IMG/VR virus record: IMGVR_UViG_3300010278_000003
Direction: 5' to 3' (one strand)
Source: a virus
Length of the DNA: 64,000 nucleotides
The position numbers and the translations under genes were made by a program. The number at the start of each line of letters is the position of its first letter. Position 1 is the first letter of the stretch. The notes under the pieces were generated by a model that saw only the letters and a program-made list of their open reading frames with translations, was not told where the DNA came from and ran no database searches. Shown piece by piece: positions 43,263 to 53,448 of this stretch.

Positions 43263-45335
43263 TTAATTGAACATAGAAAAACGCTTACCTTGACGAATAG
43301 GTAAGCGATTGACTAGATCGTCAGTATTAGTTAATCGTTTTTTATTTGTTATTGCTTTTCTGCGTTCACACATGAGGGCGTAAGAAGCCATACATGCCGT
43401 GTAAGCCCTATCATCATGGAGCTTGTTGGCTTTCTCTGGTGTAAGTTCAAACGAATCCTTTCCAGAATCACGCTTTTTACGAACCATATTTACAAGCTCT
43501 TCTTTTAAAGCGTCAATATTAGCAAGAGCAATTTCATCCTGCCAATCAAGTTTTATAGTCTTTGTATTAACAGATTCAATTTTCTCTAATTCTTCATTGA
43601 GCTTAGTTTCAAATTCCTTTTCATTGACTTTTTGTTTCCTTAGTTCAGCAGAAATTCGTTCTTTTTCTTTAGCCAATTTCTTCTCATCAACATCAAAAAC
43701 AGTGAGATAGCCTTTATGATCATATTGTGATGTAAAGCTGATTTTATCCTGATTCATCAATTCTATCATTGCTTCATACATTTCAGATTTATAACCAGCA
43801 GGAGACATAAGATGCACCTTGTCTACTGCATTAGGAAATTTCTTAACATAATCAGCGGAATATTCTTTGTCAATTAAGCCTCTATGAACAATGCCAGCAG
43901 AGTCTGTCCAATCTGGCATTAAATAATCAGCTATATTAACACCAGATCCGCCGCTACCTGCATCAATGTACACACCAACAATATTTCCATATGCGTCAGC
44001 TCCACCGTTATAATCAAGAATTACTTTTTTTAAATATTCGATCTGATCTGGCGTTTGCATAGGAGATTTGATTTTTTTGCCAACATCAACAAGATTAATA
44101 CAGTTTACTAATCTCATTCTTGTATCAATACTTCCATCTACTTGCTCGTATTCATAAATTTCTCCAACAAGAATTACTGAATTATCACGACTTCTGGCAG
44201 GATCGTATGTAATAACAAATTTTTTATCACCAGTGTCATTATAAAGAAGCGGTTTTCTTGTTTCTTCGTTTCGTGTGATAACACCTCTACGGATAATTGC
44301 ATCAGTACCAGCGTCTGTGGTAAAAATACAATAATACTCACGTCTTGCCTTTTCAGGATTTGTTCTCATTTCAGATTCAACAGTATTTCGAGATAGAAGA
44401 GGAGTGACTAATTCACCTCTAAGAGTTGGTTTAAATGCTTGTTCGCAATCTATATGTAAAACACAATAATCTGGATTTCCCATAATTTGTTGTTTTGAAA
44501 AATCACGATATAATCTCCAAAATTGAGTATCGGTTGAAGAAGCCGAACTGATATAATACTTTTGATATGATAAATCTCGTGGCAAACATCTCTGACGGAT
44601 AGGGTCTATCGAATTACCATCTATGTCCTTACCTGTCTTTAAACTCTTGTTAACAACAGCAAACGCACCGTAAACATTCATCATTTCATCAGACAAGAAA
44701 CCACTTTCATCAAAAATTACAGTTCCTCGCATACCTCTTTTGGCATCTATATTTCCATTTAATGTCCTAGTCATAGATCCATTATAACAGGAATAGGAAA
44801 ATCCATTAGACGAGTGTGAAAATCCATCTCCTGCTGCATTTTTAATTTCAATCTCATTCTTAAATAAAGAACCCGTTGAACCATAAAATGTATCAATATT
44901 ATCATTGGCAAGTCGTTCCAAGGTGGTAAAAGTCTGTTCAGCCTGACCACCTGTTCCACTTGCAATATATGTCCATACGTTACAAAAACACATATCTTTA
45001 GCCATAATCTCAAGGTCTATGACTGTACTTTTACCATATCCACGAGTACATACAGCAAGTACATTTGGACAAATCCAGCTTCTCTGAACAAGGAGAGATT
45101 GCCCATCCAAAAGTTCTATATTAAAAAAAAGATCTATAGCTTTCACAGGGTTGCATTGTAGATATTTCTGAATTTCGGCAATTTGAATATAAGACTCAAT
45201 TTTACGAGATGAAATTGAATAACCATGTGGTTTTACATATATTCCGTATTGATTATAAAAATCCTTATCATAATCAAGAATTTCATTCTGATAATAATTC
45301 AGAATCATTTGTTTATTCTGATTCACTTTCAGCAA
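43263..45335 (-). CDS. Terminase large subunit
   Basis: Walker A TRGYGKS, Walker B VIFDE, nuclease YDPAR and HDDRAY. Confidence 0.9.
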   Translation of the reverse strand: MLKVNQNKQMILNYYQNEILDYDKDFYNQYGIYVKPHGYSISSRKIESYIQIAEIQKYLQCNPVKAIDLFFNIELLDGQSLLVQRSWICPNVLAVCTRGYGKSTVIDLEIMAKDMCFCNVWTYIASGTGGQAEQTFTTLERLANDNIDTFYGSTGSLFKNEIEIKNAAGDGFSHSSNGFSYSCYNGSMTRTLNGNIDAKRGMRGTVIFDESGFLSDEMMNVYGAFAVVNKSLKTGKDIDGNSIDPIRQRCLPRDLSYQKYYISSASSTDTQFWRLYRDFSKQQIMGNPDYCVLHIDCEQAFKPTLRGELVTPLLSRNTVESEMRTNPEKARREYYCIFTTDAGTDAIIRRGVITRNEETRKPLLYNDTGDKKFVITYDPARSRDNSVILVGEIYEYEQVDGSIDTRMRLVNCINLVDVGKKIKSPMQTPDQIEYLKKVILDYNGGADAYGNIVGVYIDAGSGGSGVNIADYLMPDWTDSAGIVHRGLIDKEYSADYVKKFPNAVDKVHLMSPAGYKSEMYEAMIELMNQDKISFTSQYDHKGYLTVFDVDEKKLAKEKERISAELRKQKVNEKEFETKLNEELEKIESVNTKTIKLDWQDEIALANIDALKEELVNMVRKKRDSGKDSFELTPEKANKLHDDRAYTACMASYALMCERRKAITNKKRLTNTDDLVNRLPIRQGKRFSMFN

Positions 45336-46623
45336 CCTCCTTTATTTTTTCATTTGGAGACTCTTCAGCTTCATCAAATTCCGCAAAGACAGAATAAACA
45401 TCTTTTAAGTCTTTTAGTTGTTCTTCATTTAGCAAATTATTTTCCTTTAATGTGTCTCTTAAATCAAGATTTTCACGTAATAATATTCTATTAATTTCTT
45501 GGTAAGCATCTTTTTCCTTACGAAGACAAGTATTTACAACACGCATTTCAGAAACCATATCTGACCACTCAGATTCATCAAGTGCCAATTGTTTCATAAT
45601 AGAAGCATCGCTGATTTCCTGAACCTGTTGCATACCTCTGCATGTATCAATATCAAAGCCGTTAACTTCACCGCTTCGTAGATTAAGACTTTTAATTTTT
45701 TTGATTTTACCAGTCCAAGTATTTTCACCTTTTTTAGCATTTTTATTATGTTTTAATGATATACAACTATCTTGAGCAAGACTTGTAATAACTGAAGTTA
45801 TTTTGCTCTTGCTTTCCTGCAAAGATTTTATTGTTGCAGAATTGTGTTCAATATTTGAAATATCACACATTAACTTTGATATAGTGTCATCAATTTTAGA
45901 TTGTTGTAAGAATCCACGAACAATAGAAATGGCAGAAGATGTACGCATCATGTCTTCATTGGCATCCTCACTAGAATCTAATAATCCTAATAGTTGTGAA
46001 TACAAAAAAGGTTGGTCGGCTATATCTTCTTTTTCAAAAGGATCATAACTAAGCAATCGTATAACATCATTTTTGTTTTTTAAAAAACTATCATACGTAT
46101 CCAATCCTGCGTGAGATTCAATTAATTTTTCTTCATTTGTTGCTTCGTTTTCAGTATTATCTTTAATAAAATGGTCTGAATCAAAGTATGTCTTACCAAC
46201 ATAATTAACCATTTGAATATTTTTAATATAAGAATTCCAAACGTTTGTTTTTACTTTTCCTGACACGAGATTTTCAGTTTCTTGTATACTTGCGTTCCAT
46301 ACCGAATCGAGAAAAGGCTTTTGCAAATATTTTAATGCTAGTTTTACACTGTCTTTTGTTGGTTCATGTTCATGTCCTTTTTCATCTACTCGTAGTGCAA
46401 TTTTTCTTGCACATTCACGACATATAGGAGTACAAGTCAATCCACCATACATAGGATCTGTATTAACATAAAATTTAGTTTCTCTATCTTTATGTTTTTT
46501 ACACATTAAACAAAAAGCTGTTTTATCATAGTTATCAAGTTTATGTTGCAATTCCTCAACTTTTTCTCTAGCCTCGGCAGCCGTTAATTTAACTGGTTGC
46601 GTAGTGCTTTTTTTTGTAGCCAA
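45313..46623 (-). CDS. Terminase small subunit-like protein with N-terminal zinc finger
   Basis: CLMC...CREC; directly upstream of terL. Confidence 0.55.
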   Translation of the reverse strand: MATKKSTTQPVKLTAAEAREKVEELQHKLDNYDKTAFCLMCKKHKDRETKFYVNTDPMYGGLTCTPICRECARKIALRVDEKGHEHEPTKDSVKLALKYLQKPFLDSVWNASIQETENLVSGKVKTNVWNSYIKNIQMVNYVGKTYFDSDHFIKDNTENEATNEEKLIESHAGLDTYDSFLKNKNDVIRLLSYDPFEKEDIADQPFLYSQLLGLLDSSEDANEDMMRTSSAISIVRGFLQQSKIDDTISKLMCDISNIEHNSATIKSLQESKSKITSVITSLAQDSCISLKHNKNAKKGENTWTGKIKKIKSLNLRSGEVNGFDIDTCRGMQQVQEISDASIMKQLALDESEWSDMVSEMRVVNTCLRKEKDAYQEINRILLRENLDLRDTLKENNLLNEEQLKDLKDVYSVFAEFDEAEESPNEKIKEVAESESE

Positions 46624-46823
46624 TCAACAGCCACCTCCTTTTATTCCAATAAAAAGAGCCATCTCATATGAAATGGCTCTTTCTTAACACACAATATTTA
46701 ATATTTACCAATCAGTCGCCAAACTGATCATAACTGTAAGGCGGTAGTAAGTGATAAACTTACAGATATAAGTTTCGTATGCATCCAAAAAATAGGTTTT
46801 GGCATCAGGTTTACCGCACGAAA

Positions 46824-46894
46824 TAGGGCATAACGGACTCGAACCGATACTCACGGGATGAAAACCCATTGTCTTACCTTTTGACTAATGCCCT
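46824..46894 (-). tRNA. tRNA-Glu(TTC)
   Basis: Cloverleaf: acceptor AGGGCAT/ATGCCCT, anticodon loop TT-TTC-AT, GGTTCGAGTCC; no encoded CCA. Confidence 0.8.
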
Positions 46895-46898
46895 AAAA

Positions 46899-46973
46899 CG
46901 AATCGTATGAGACTTGAACCCATGTTATTCTACCGTGACAGGGTAGTACCATAACCAACTAGGCAAACGATCC
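46899..46973 (-). tRNA. tRNA-Asp(GTC)
   Basis: CTACC-CT-GTC-AC-GGTAG anticodon arm, GGTTCAAGTC T-arm. Confidence 0.85.
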
Positions 46974-47270
46974 ATGTTATATAATCAGCATAAAGCACTA
47001 ACTATCTGATATTGGACTGTACACATCCAGTTATTTAGAATAGAAAGTTAAACAATCCATTCATGCTTACTGATTATTCTCCACATATTTTCAGTCTTCG
47101 GAGCAAAGACCAATAGCGATTAGGGAATTAATGTCGGTTTACGTTGACATAGGTTTTACGCTATTGAATGCCACCATCCAATATGCCTGTAAAGGCACAA
47201 CCTAATCTTTGTATATTTTATTATTCTCTGAATTAGACGAAGTATTAGATGAAAGTTTCATCGGGATTGT

Positions 47271-48305
47271 CTACAAATCAGAAAGTGATTTTTGTTCTAC
47301 TTGTTTTATTTCTCCATCAGCAAAATATTTTGCAAATTGCTCATCAGCATCAATATCCTTGTACACTGATACCATATCTAACGAACTCCAACCGACTAGC
47401 ATTTGAATTACATCATCAGGAAGACCGCTTCGAGAACAAGAAGTTGTAAAGAAGTGACGAAGACTGTGGAAATAAAAGTCTTCTCCTAAATGTTTGCTAA
47501 ATGTATCAGCCCAACTGTCAAGAGTGCTTGAATCCATAGGTTCATCTATATATTCTCCATTTACCTTTTTTGGGAACAACCATTCTGATTCAATTCCGTG
47601 TTCTTTTCTATAATTCATCCACAAATCAAAATATGGCTTAAATGGTTTTGCAAGTGTATATGCCACTAACATTTTTCCGTGAGAACCTCTTCCTTTTGTT
47701 TGGATCTTTTCAGGTGTTTTATATAAAGAACCGTATATAATATTTTCATCATTGAAATAAGATACTTTAAATCGTGGTAACTCACTCTTACGTCTGCCAC
47801 TAAATGCAGCTAATGCTAAAATACAAGCCTTGTCATATTTACCTTTTTCAACCCAATAATCAAGCATACTCTGTACTTGTTCATCGGATAGTACAGTTTT
47901 AGTAAATACTTTCTCATTTGCAGGATTTTCAATTTTGCGTATAATCGGTTTAAAGTTCTCATACTCATCATCTAATATAGCTTCGACATAATTTGAAAGA
48001 GAAGAGAGAGTAGATTTTACTCTACGCATTCTAGCTGGCGACCACTTATATTCAATAAGGCAAAAACTCTGATAACGAGCAATATCCCTCTTAGATAAAT
48101 CAATAAAGAATTTGTTGTCACAATGCTGAAGTAAATACACCCAGAAAATGTAAAGGTCGCGTCTATATGCATTGATTGTATTTAGGGATCTATCAACTGA
48201 ACGAAGATAATCCAAAAAATCATTTCCTAACTCTACATTCTCTTTATTACACTGAGTCAATAACTCATCAGTAACAATATTGTTATGCTGTATTTTTCTA
48301 CCCAT
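47271..48305 (-). CDS. Tyrosine recombinase / integrase-family protein
   Basis: SGRRKSE (R), HSLRH (HxxR), VGW (W at the second His position), VSVY (Tyr). Confidence 0.9.
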   Translation of the reverse strand: MGRKIQHNNIVTDELLTQCNKENVELGNDFLDYLRSVDRSLNTINAYRRDLYIFWVYLLQHCDNKFFIDLSKRDIARYQSFCLIEYKWSPARMRRVKSTLSSLSNYVEAILDDEYENFKPIIRKIENPANEKVFTKTVLSDEQVQSMLDYWVEKGKYDKACILALAAFSGRRKSELPRFKVSYFNDENIIYGSLYKTPEKIQTKGRGSHGKMLVAYTLAKPFKPYFDLWMNYRKEHGIESEWLFPKKVNGEYIDEPMDSSTLDSWADTFSKHLGEDFYFHSLRHFFTTSCSRSGLPDDVIQMLVGWSSLDMVSVYKDIDADEQFAKYFADGEIKQVEQKSLSDL

Positions 48306-48449
48306 TAAATCTCACTTCCTTTCAAATAAAAAAGAAGTGAGATAGTAGTAAATACTAAGCCACTTCTTCCAAATATAATATTCTCTATAATAAATGCTCA
48401 CTTACTCATAATTAAAGTCACGAGTGTGCATTCGCACCTTTATCAAAAG

Positions 48450-48493
48450 TGGACGACTGAGGAATCGAACCTCAACGAAAAACCATTTCATCC
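48450..48493 (-). ncRNA. tRNA-like minihelix (acceptor stem plus T-arm only)
   Basis: GGATGA/TCGTCC acceptor-like stem, TGAGG-TTCGATT-CCTCA T-arm, ~13-nt linker, no anticodon arm. Confidence 0.45.
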
Positions 48494-48562
48494 ATAATAA
48501 AAATAGGAGGGGACATACCCCTCCAAAAATTTTACTAATTATTTAAAAATTAAAAATTAGAA

Positions 48563-50635
48563 TTAAGCAAATAATGCGTTAATCTCATCCTCTGTAATGG
48601 CAACATAAGTTGTTTCTTCAAGAGTTTCTACTTTTGTCTTAAGAGTAGCGATGTCACTCTTGTTAGTTGCGACCTGACCATCAGCAAGAGCTTTTACTTT
48701 AGTTTCGGCAACACCAGCAGCATCAAAAGCTGTGTCTGCTTTATAAGCAGCAGAACCAAGACCTGTTACAGCTACATCATTACCATCAACAGCAATTGTA
48801 CCGTCAGCAGTACCACTTGCAACTGACTGAACTGCTGAATCAGCTTTCTTACCCTGAGCTGCTGTAGCATAGTTCTTAGCAAGACCATCTGCATAAGTTT
48901 TAGCTGCACTTATAGCATCAGTTTCGCTTTGGTCTGCATACTCTTTTGTAGCATAGTTTGTAAGGTCAACAGCAGAGTCACCAATTTTTTCAAACTTTTT
49001 ACTCTCTCCTGAAACAACAAGCATATACTCATTGTAACCATTTCCTTCAGCAGAACCATTATCTCCTGTTGCTTTTGCAACCATATAAATTGTATGTTCA
49101 TCAGCTTCTGCAACAGCAGGAAGTTCTGTCACGATTGCTCTTTTAAGATGTCCAGCATTAGCAACAGCAGTAGTAATAGCACTATTTGTCTGCTCTTTTG
49201 TATAAGCATCAGTAATACCATAGCCTTCAAGAGTTGTAGCTTTGTTAGCCTTATCACTCTTAAGTGTAGCAATATCTGATTTATTAGTTGCAACCTGACC
49301 ATCTTCAAGAGCACTTACTGCGTCCTTAACTTGTTTAGCAACTGAGCCTACAACTGTGTCAGCACCATTAAGTGTAGTAATCTTACTCTCAGCGGCAGTC
49401 ATTCTTGATTTGAGATCAGAATCATTATACTGTGAATCTGTAATCTTACCTTCAAGCTCTGTCTTAACATCGTTAATCTGCTTCTTTACAGAGCCTTCAA
49501 CAGTAACCGCACCATCAAGTTTATCAATTACATTTTTATTAGCTGTAATCTGTTCCTGAAGAGCAGACTTTGCATCGGAAACAGCCTTTGATACAGAACC
49601 TGCACCTGTGCCGTTAAGTACACCGATAGCATCTGTATTAGTCTTAATTTTGCCTTCAAGTTCTGTCTTAGCATCACTTACAGCTTTGGAAATAGAACCT
49701 GCACCTGTACCCTGAATTGTTGTAAGCTTACCTTCTGCTGTACCGACTCTTGTATCAAGAGCTTCAATAGCAGCGGTATTTGTAGCAATACCTGAAAGAT
49801 CTACACCGCCAACTTTGTCATCAGCATATTTCTTAGCATCAGTTAATGCCTGTGTAGCAGAACCTTTTGTATCAAAAGCATCGCTATTCTGATAAGCTGC
49901 TGTTCCAAGACCATGTACAGATACATCTTCTCCCTTTACAGAAATAGTACCATTTGTAAGTCCTTCTGCAATATCAGCTTTCTGAAGGGCAGAATCTGCT
50001 TTTGTACCCTGTTCAGCAGTTGCATAATTCTTGGCTAATCCGTCAGCATATTTTTTAGCATTTGTTTCAGCGGCACTAGCTTTTGTCGTAGCATCGGCTG
50101 CGGCAGCATCAATAGCTTCTTGTTTTGCTGTTGCAATAGCTTCTGTATAATCAATTGCACCAACTTTTGAATCTATATATTCAACAATTGTTTTGGCTTC
50201 TGTACTAGCAGGAAGACTGCCTACTAACTTAACAAGATTAGCAATATCTGTTTTGTTAGTTTTAATCTGACTATTCATCGAAGCAGCATCTGTGCCGTGT
50301 GTTGAAATCCAATCCGAAATTTCCTTGAGTGTATCATAAGCTTCGGGCGCACCATTAAGGATACCAGCTACCGCATCAGCAACTTTCTTGTCAACTGAAC
50401 CGTCACCTGTACCATTAAGAATATCAATAGCATCGGCATTTGCTTTAATGCTTGCTTTTACTGTTGAATCATCATATTTTGCAGCTTCAATTTTTTCGTC
50501 CGTCTCTGATTTTGTATACGCATCAACATTATCAACCGGAATATTAAAACCAGTCCAGTCGATATCAATGGCATCCATAAGTTTGAATGTACCATTATTT
50601 TTTTGTTTAATCTTATCTATAAGTAAAATTGACAT
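48563..50635 (-). CDS. Repetitive alpha-helical fibre protein
   Basis: Repeats AK(K/T)YADGLAKNYATA.QG, GTGAGS.SKAVSDAK and DGQVATNKSDIATLK; GAPEAYDTLKEISDWI motif. Confidence 0.7.
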   Translation of the reverse strand: MSILLIDKIKQKNNGTFKLMDAIDIDWTGFNIPVDNVDAYTKSETDEKIEAAKYDDSTVKASIKANADAIDILNGTGDGSVDKKVADAVAGILNGAPEAYDTLKEISDWISTHGTDAASMNSQIKTNKTDIANLVKLVGSLPASTEAKTIVEYIDSKVGAIDYTEAIATAKQEAIDAAAADATTKASAAETNAKKYADGLAKNYATAEQGTKADSALQKADIAEGLTNGTISVKGEDVSVHGLGTAAYQNSDAFDTKGSATQALTDAKKYADDKVGGVDLSGIATNTAAIEALDTRVGTAEGKLTTIQGTGAGSISKAVSDAKTELEGKIKTNTDAIGVLNGTGAGSVSKAVSDAKSALQEQITANKNVIDKLDGAVTVEGSVKKQINDVKTELEGKITDSQYNDSDLKSRMTAAESKITTLNGADTVVGSVAKQVKDAVSALEDGQVATNKSDIATLKSDKANKATTLEGYGITDAYTKEQTNSAITTAVANAGHLKRAIVTELPAVAEADEHTIYMVAKATGDNGSAEGNGYNEYMLVVSGESKKFEKIGDSAVDLTNYATKEYADQSETDAISAAKTYADGLAKNYATAAQGKKADSAVQSVASGTADGTIAVDGNDVAVTGLGSAAYKADTAFDAAGVAETKVKALADGQVATNKSDIATLKTKVETLEETTYVAITEDEINALFA

Positions 50636-50668
50636 ATTATCTACATTGCTCCTTTCTTCAAAATTAAA

Positions 50669-51652
50669 TTACTTAACAACTACTGTTGTACTACCAAGGT
50701 TTGCGTTCTTTGATCTCCATACTTTGTAACTTTCTTTGAAACCAGAAGCATTTGTATAATCAAATGTTTTAATAAGGTCAAAGCCACCTTCAAAACCACC
50801 AACATTAAATACGGGCGTTCCAAATGAAGCAGGGTGAGCATAGTAAATATACTGACCTACGCCAGCATTTACTGTAAATGTTTTGCTGTTATTGCTTGAA
50901 AGCTCTTTTGTAAGTCCCTGAACAAATTTATTATCTACACCGGAACCATCAACTGTACCTACACCCCAATAACGACCATTTTTGAAGTAAACACCAGTTG
51001 ATTTCTGAGAGGAAGCGTTTCTTGCGTCAACAGCTTTAAGTGTCCATGTTTTATCTGACTGAAGACCAAGACCTGTAACTGCCTTGCTTGTAGAAGAAGT
51101 ATCTACAGCGACACCATCAAGTGTTAAAGTTGTAGGAACTTTATTCATTGACCATGTAAGTGTTACATCGTTGATTGTTCTACCTTTTTCTACTGTGTTT
51201 GTGTTGTTTCCAAATGAATTAATAGCCATAGTTTTATATAAACTAATTGTTCCGTCTGCTGTTATATCAAAGTCTCCACCAGGAATTACTTTGCCAGCTA
51301 TTTTTGAAGTAGCAATAGGTGTTTTTGCGTCTTCAACATCTGTTTTAGAAGCAAGATCTGTAAGTTTTACACCACCATCTGCAACAGTTCCATCAGCTTT
51401 TGCAACAACAACATCACCTGCTATAGCTTTATCAATTTTAGTAATTAAATTACTAATGTCTGTTTCGGGAAGTGGAATTGAGTAATCAGGTACTGCATCC
51501 TGAGCAGGAGTTTCAACTTTATAAAAATTTAATCTGTTGCCTGATATACCAACTGCTTTAAATGACTTTGCATCTGCATCAGAGATATAAGTCTTAATTT
51601 TACTATCGTACTGAGTAAGACGCTCAAGTGTAACCATTTTAATTTGTGCCAT
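50669..51652 (-). CDS. Fibre or decoration protein with beta-rich C-terminus
   Basis: ATSKIAGKV motif; YIYYAHPASFG...GGFEGGF. Confidence 0.55.
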   Translation of the reverse strand: MAQIKMVTLERLTQYDSKIKTYISDADAKSFKAVGISGNRLNFYKVETPAQDAVPDYSIPLPETDISNLITKIDKAIAGDVVVAKADGTVADGGVKLTDLASKTDVEDAKTPIATSKIAGKVIPGGDFDITADGTISLYKTMAINSFGNNTNTVEKGRTINDVTLTWSMNKVPTTLTLDGVAVDTSSTSKAVTGLGLQSDKTWTLKAVDARNASSQKSTGVYFKNGRYWGVGTVDGSGVDNKFVQGLTKELSSNNSKTFTVNAGVGQYIYYAHPASFGTPVFNVGGFEGGFDLIKTFDYTNASGFKESYKVWRSKNANLGSTTVVVK

Positions 51653-51700
51653 TATTTTTCCTCCTTGTTTTTTTGTAATAAAAAAGAGCCTAACGCTCTC

Positions 51701-52543
51701 TTAAGAAAATAAATTTTCTATATCATCCGCAGAGGTTTCAGAAATTTTTTCATTAATCTTTTTCTCTACGGTCGATTCAATTGTACTTTGTAATACAGGA
51801 TTATCCTGCAAATATGCTGTAATATAATCTTCAGCTTCTTTTTTTGTAAAAACATCAAGAACAGCGATCTTTTTATCAACATCATCAGAAGTTACATAAT
51901 TATTTTCTTTCAAATATTCCGTTGTAACTACTTCAGATTCTGTAATTTTATCCGAAGAACTTTCCGAAACATACGTTTTAATATTTCTTGCATTAATCTC
52001 TCGGATATAAATGATATCTGTGTTATTTTCAATCCAAAAAAGGGTAGGATAGGCTGAAGAAAAAACTGTAGCTAATTTATTAGATATTTTGTATTGGTTT
52101 TTTACTAAATATATTCCAGAAGATTGTTGATCAAGTACAATTGGTTCAGCAAATGATCCAGTTAAATTAATTATTGGACGATTCCCAATAGTATCATAAT
52201 TGATATCATCAAACTTACTTAACGGTTCAACAAAAAATTTATTTTCTTCGTTTGTATTAACTATATAAGCCGTATATTTATTGTTAGTAAATACAGAAAT
52301 TATTTGACCATTATATGTGTCAGTATTCGTATTAAGTTTTTCAACTGCATCTTCAATACTCTCAAAAGTATATACTCTTGATTTAATCGCCCAAGGTTCT
52401 AAGCTTGGTGAAATAATATAACATTGTTTTTGTTGCTCGACATAAACAACATCATATGCATCTAAATCACCAGATGCAATTTTTGCCAACATATTATCGT
52501 AAGAAAGATAACCTTGCTTGGCACGAGTTTTGACCAATGCCAT
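51701..52543 (-). CDS. Fibre-cluster protein
   Basis: YNGQIISV and NYDTIGNRPIIN motifs; C-terminal DDIENLF. Confidence 0.5.
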   Translation of the reverse strand: MALVKTRAKQGYLSYDNMLAKIASGDLDAYDVVYVEQQKQCYIISPSLEPWAIKSRVYTFESIEDAVEKLNTNTDTYNGQIISVFTNNKYTAYIVNTNEENKFFVEPLSKFDDINYDTIGNRPIINLTGSFAEPIVLDQQSSGIYLVKNQYKISNKLATVFSSAYPTLFWIENNTDIIYIREINARNIKTYVSESSSDKITESEVVTTEYLKENNYVTSDDVDKKIAVLDVFTKKEAEDYITAYLQDNPVLQSTIESTVEKKINEKISETSADDIENLFS

Positions 52544-52572
52544 TTTATATACCTCCTTTCTTTAAGTATATG

Positions 52573-53394
52573 TTAGATTATAACCTCGTTAGTACCATCT
52601 GCTCTAGTTGCTTCTATAATAGATTCACCTAAGTCTTGAGCCGTAATAGTACTAACAACCACACCATTTGAAAGAAGATATAATTTATTTTGTTCTTGAT
52701 CTAACTTTAAACTATATTGAGATTTTGTTTCTTCAGACTGACCCGTATCCGAATCTGTTATTACAAAAGTAAGACCATCATCAGTCTGTTCAGCAAGAGC
52801 ATCACCAAGTTTATTAAGTTCAATTGGTGTACCAATTTCTTTACCCTTCGAAATTAATTTAATTTTTCCGTCATTAACGTCAAGCTTAATGTCATCAGCT
52901 TTATTTTGATCAATAGACTCATTAAGCATATTTGCGGCTTCAATACTTGCTTGTAATTGAAGTAATTTGTTATCTAAAACCTCAAGAGATTCGTCACTTA
53001 CGTGTGCATAAATATCCTTTAATGGATTAATTTCTATTTCTGTTTCACCAGAGTGCATTACGATATTATCTTTAAAATTTTCTTTATCTATCTGGATAAA
53101 AGTAAGATGTAAAGAAATGTTCCCAGCAAATCTTGTCAAGTTGGTATCAACAGGCAATACACAACGTACATAATTTTCTTTATATAATTCTTCATCTTTA
53201 ACAAGCTGTTCAGACTGTGCAACATTGCCTTGATCAACATATTTTAAAAAAATCAAGCATTCCGAAATATCAATATCATCATATATTTTAGGAATTAAAA
53301 TTTGTAATTTATCTGCTAATTTTTCTCGTTGATACAATGTAGTACGATTCGAACAAACAAGACTTTTATCATTAAGCATTAAAATTGTATACAT
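52573..53394 (-). CDS. BppU-like N-terminal domain protein
   Basis: YQREKLADKLQILIP...LTRFAGNISLHLTF. Confidence 0.55.
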   Translation of the reverse strand: MYTILMLNDKSLVCSNRTTLYQREKLADKLQILIPKIYDDIDISECLIFLKYVDQGNVAQSEQLVKDEELYKENYVRCVLPVDTNLTRFAGNISLHLTFIQIDKENFKDNIVMHSGETEIEINPLKDIYAHVSDESLEVLDNKLLQLQASIEAANMLNESIDQNKADDIKLDVNDGKIKLISKGKEIGTPIELNKLGDALAEQTDDGLTFVITDSDTGQSEETKSQYSLKLDQEQNKLYLLSNGVVVSTITAQDLGESIIEATRADGTNEVII

Positions 53395-53448
53395 TCATAT
53401 GTTCATCTCCTTTCTTTTTTATGTTTCCATTCATTCCAAAAAAATAAA

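Noticed and set aside
46741-46817. Hammerhead ribozyme (CUGAUG...CGAAAC on the minus strand)
   Set aside because: The core reads CUGAUGC rather than CUGANGA, stem II is not adjacent to GAAA, and stem I does not pair next to the putative cleavage site.
48563-50635. CRISPR array or DGR template in the repeated DNA
   Set aside because: The repeats are in-frame protein repeats with synonymous variation. There are no spacers, and no cas or reverse transcriptase gene is in the window.
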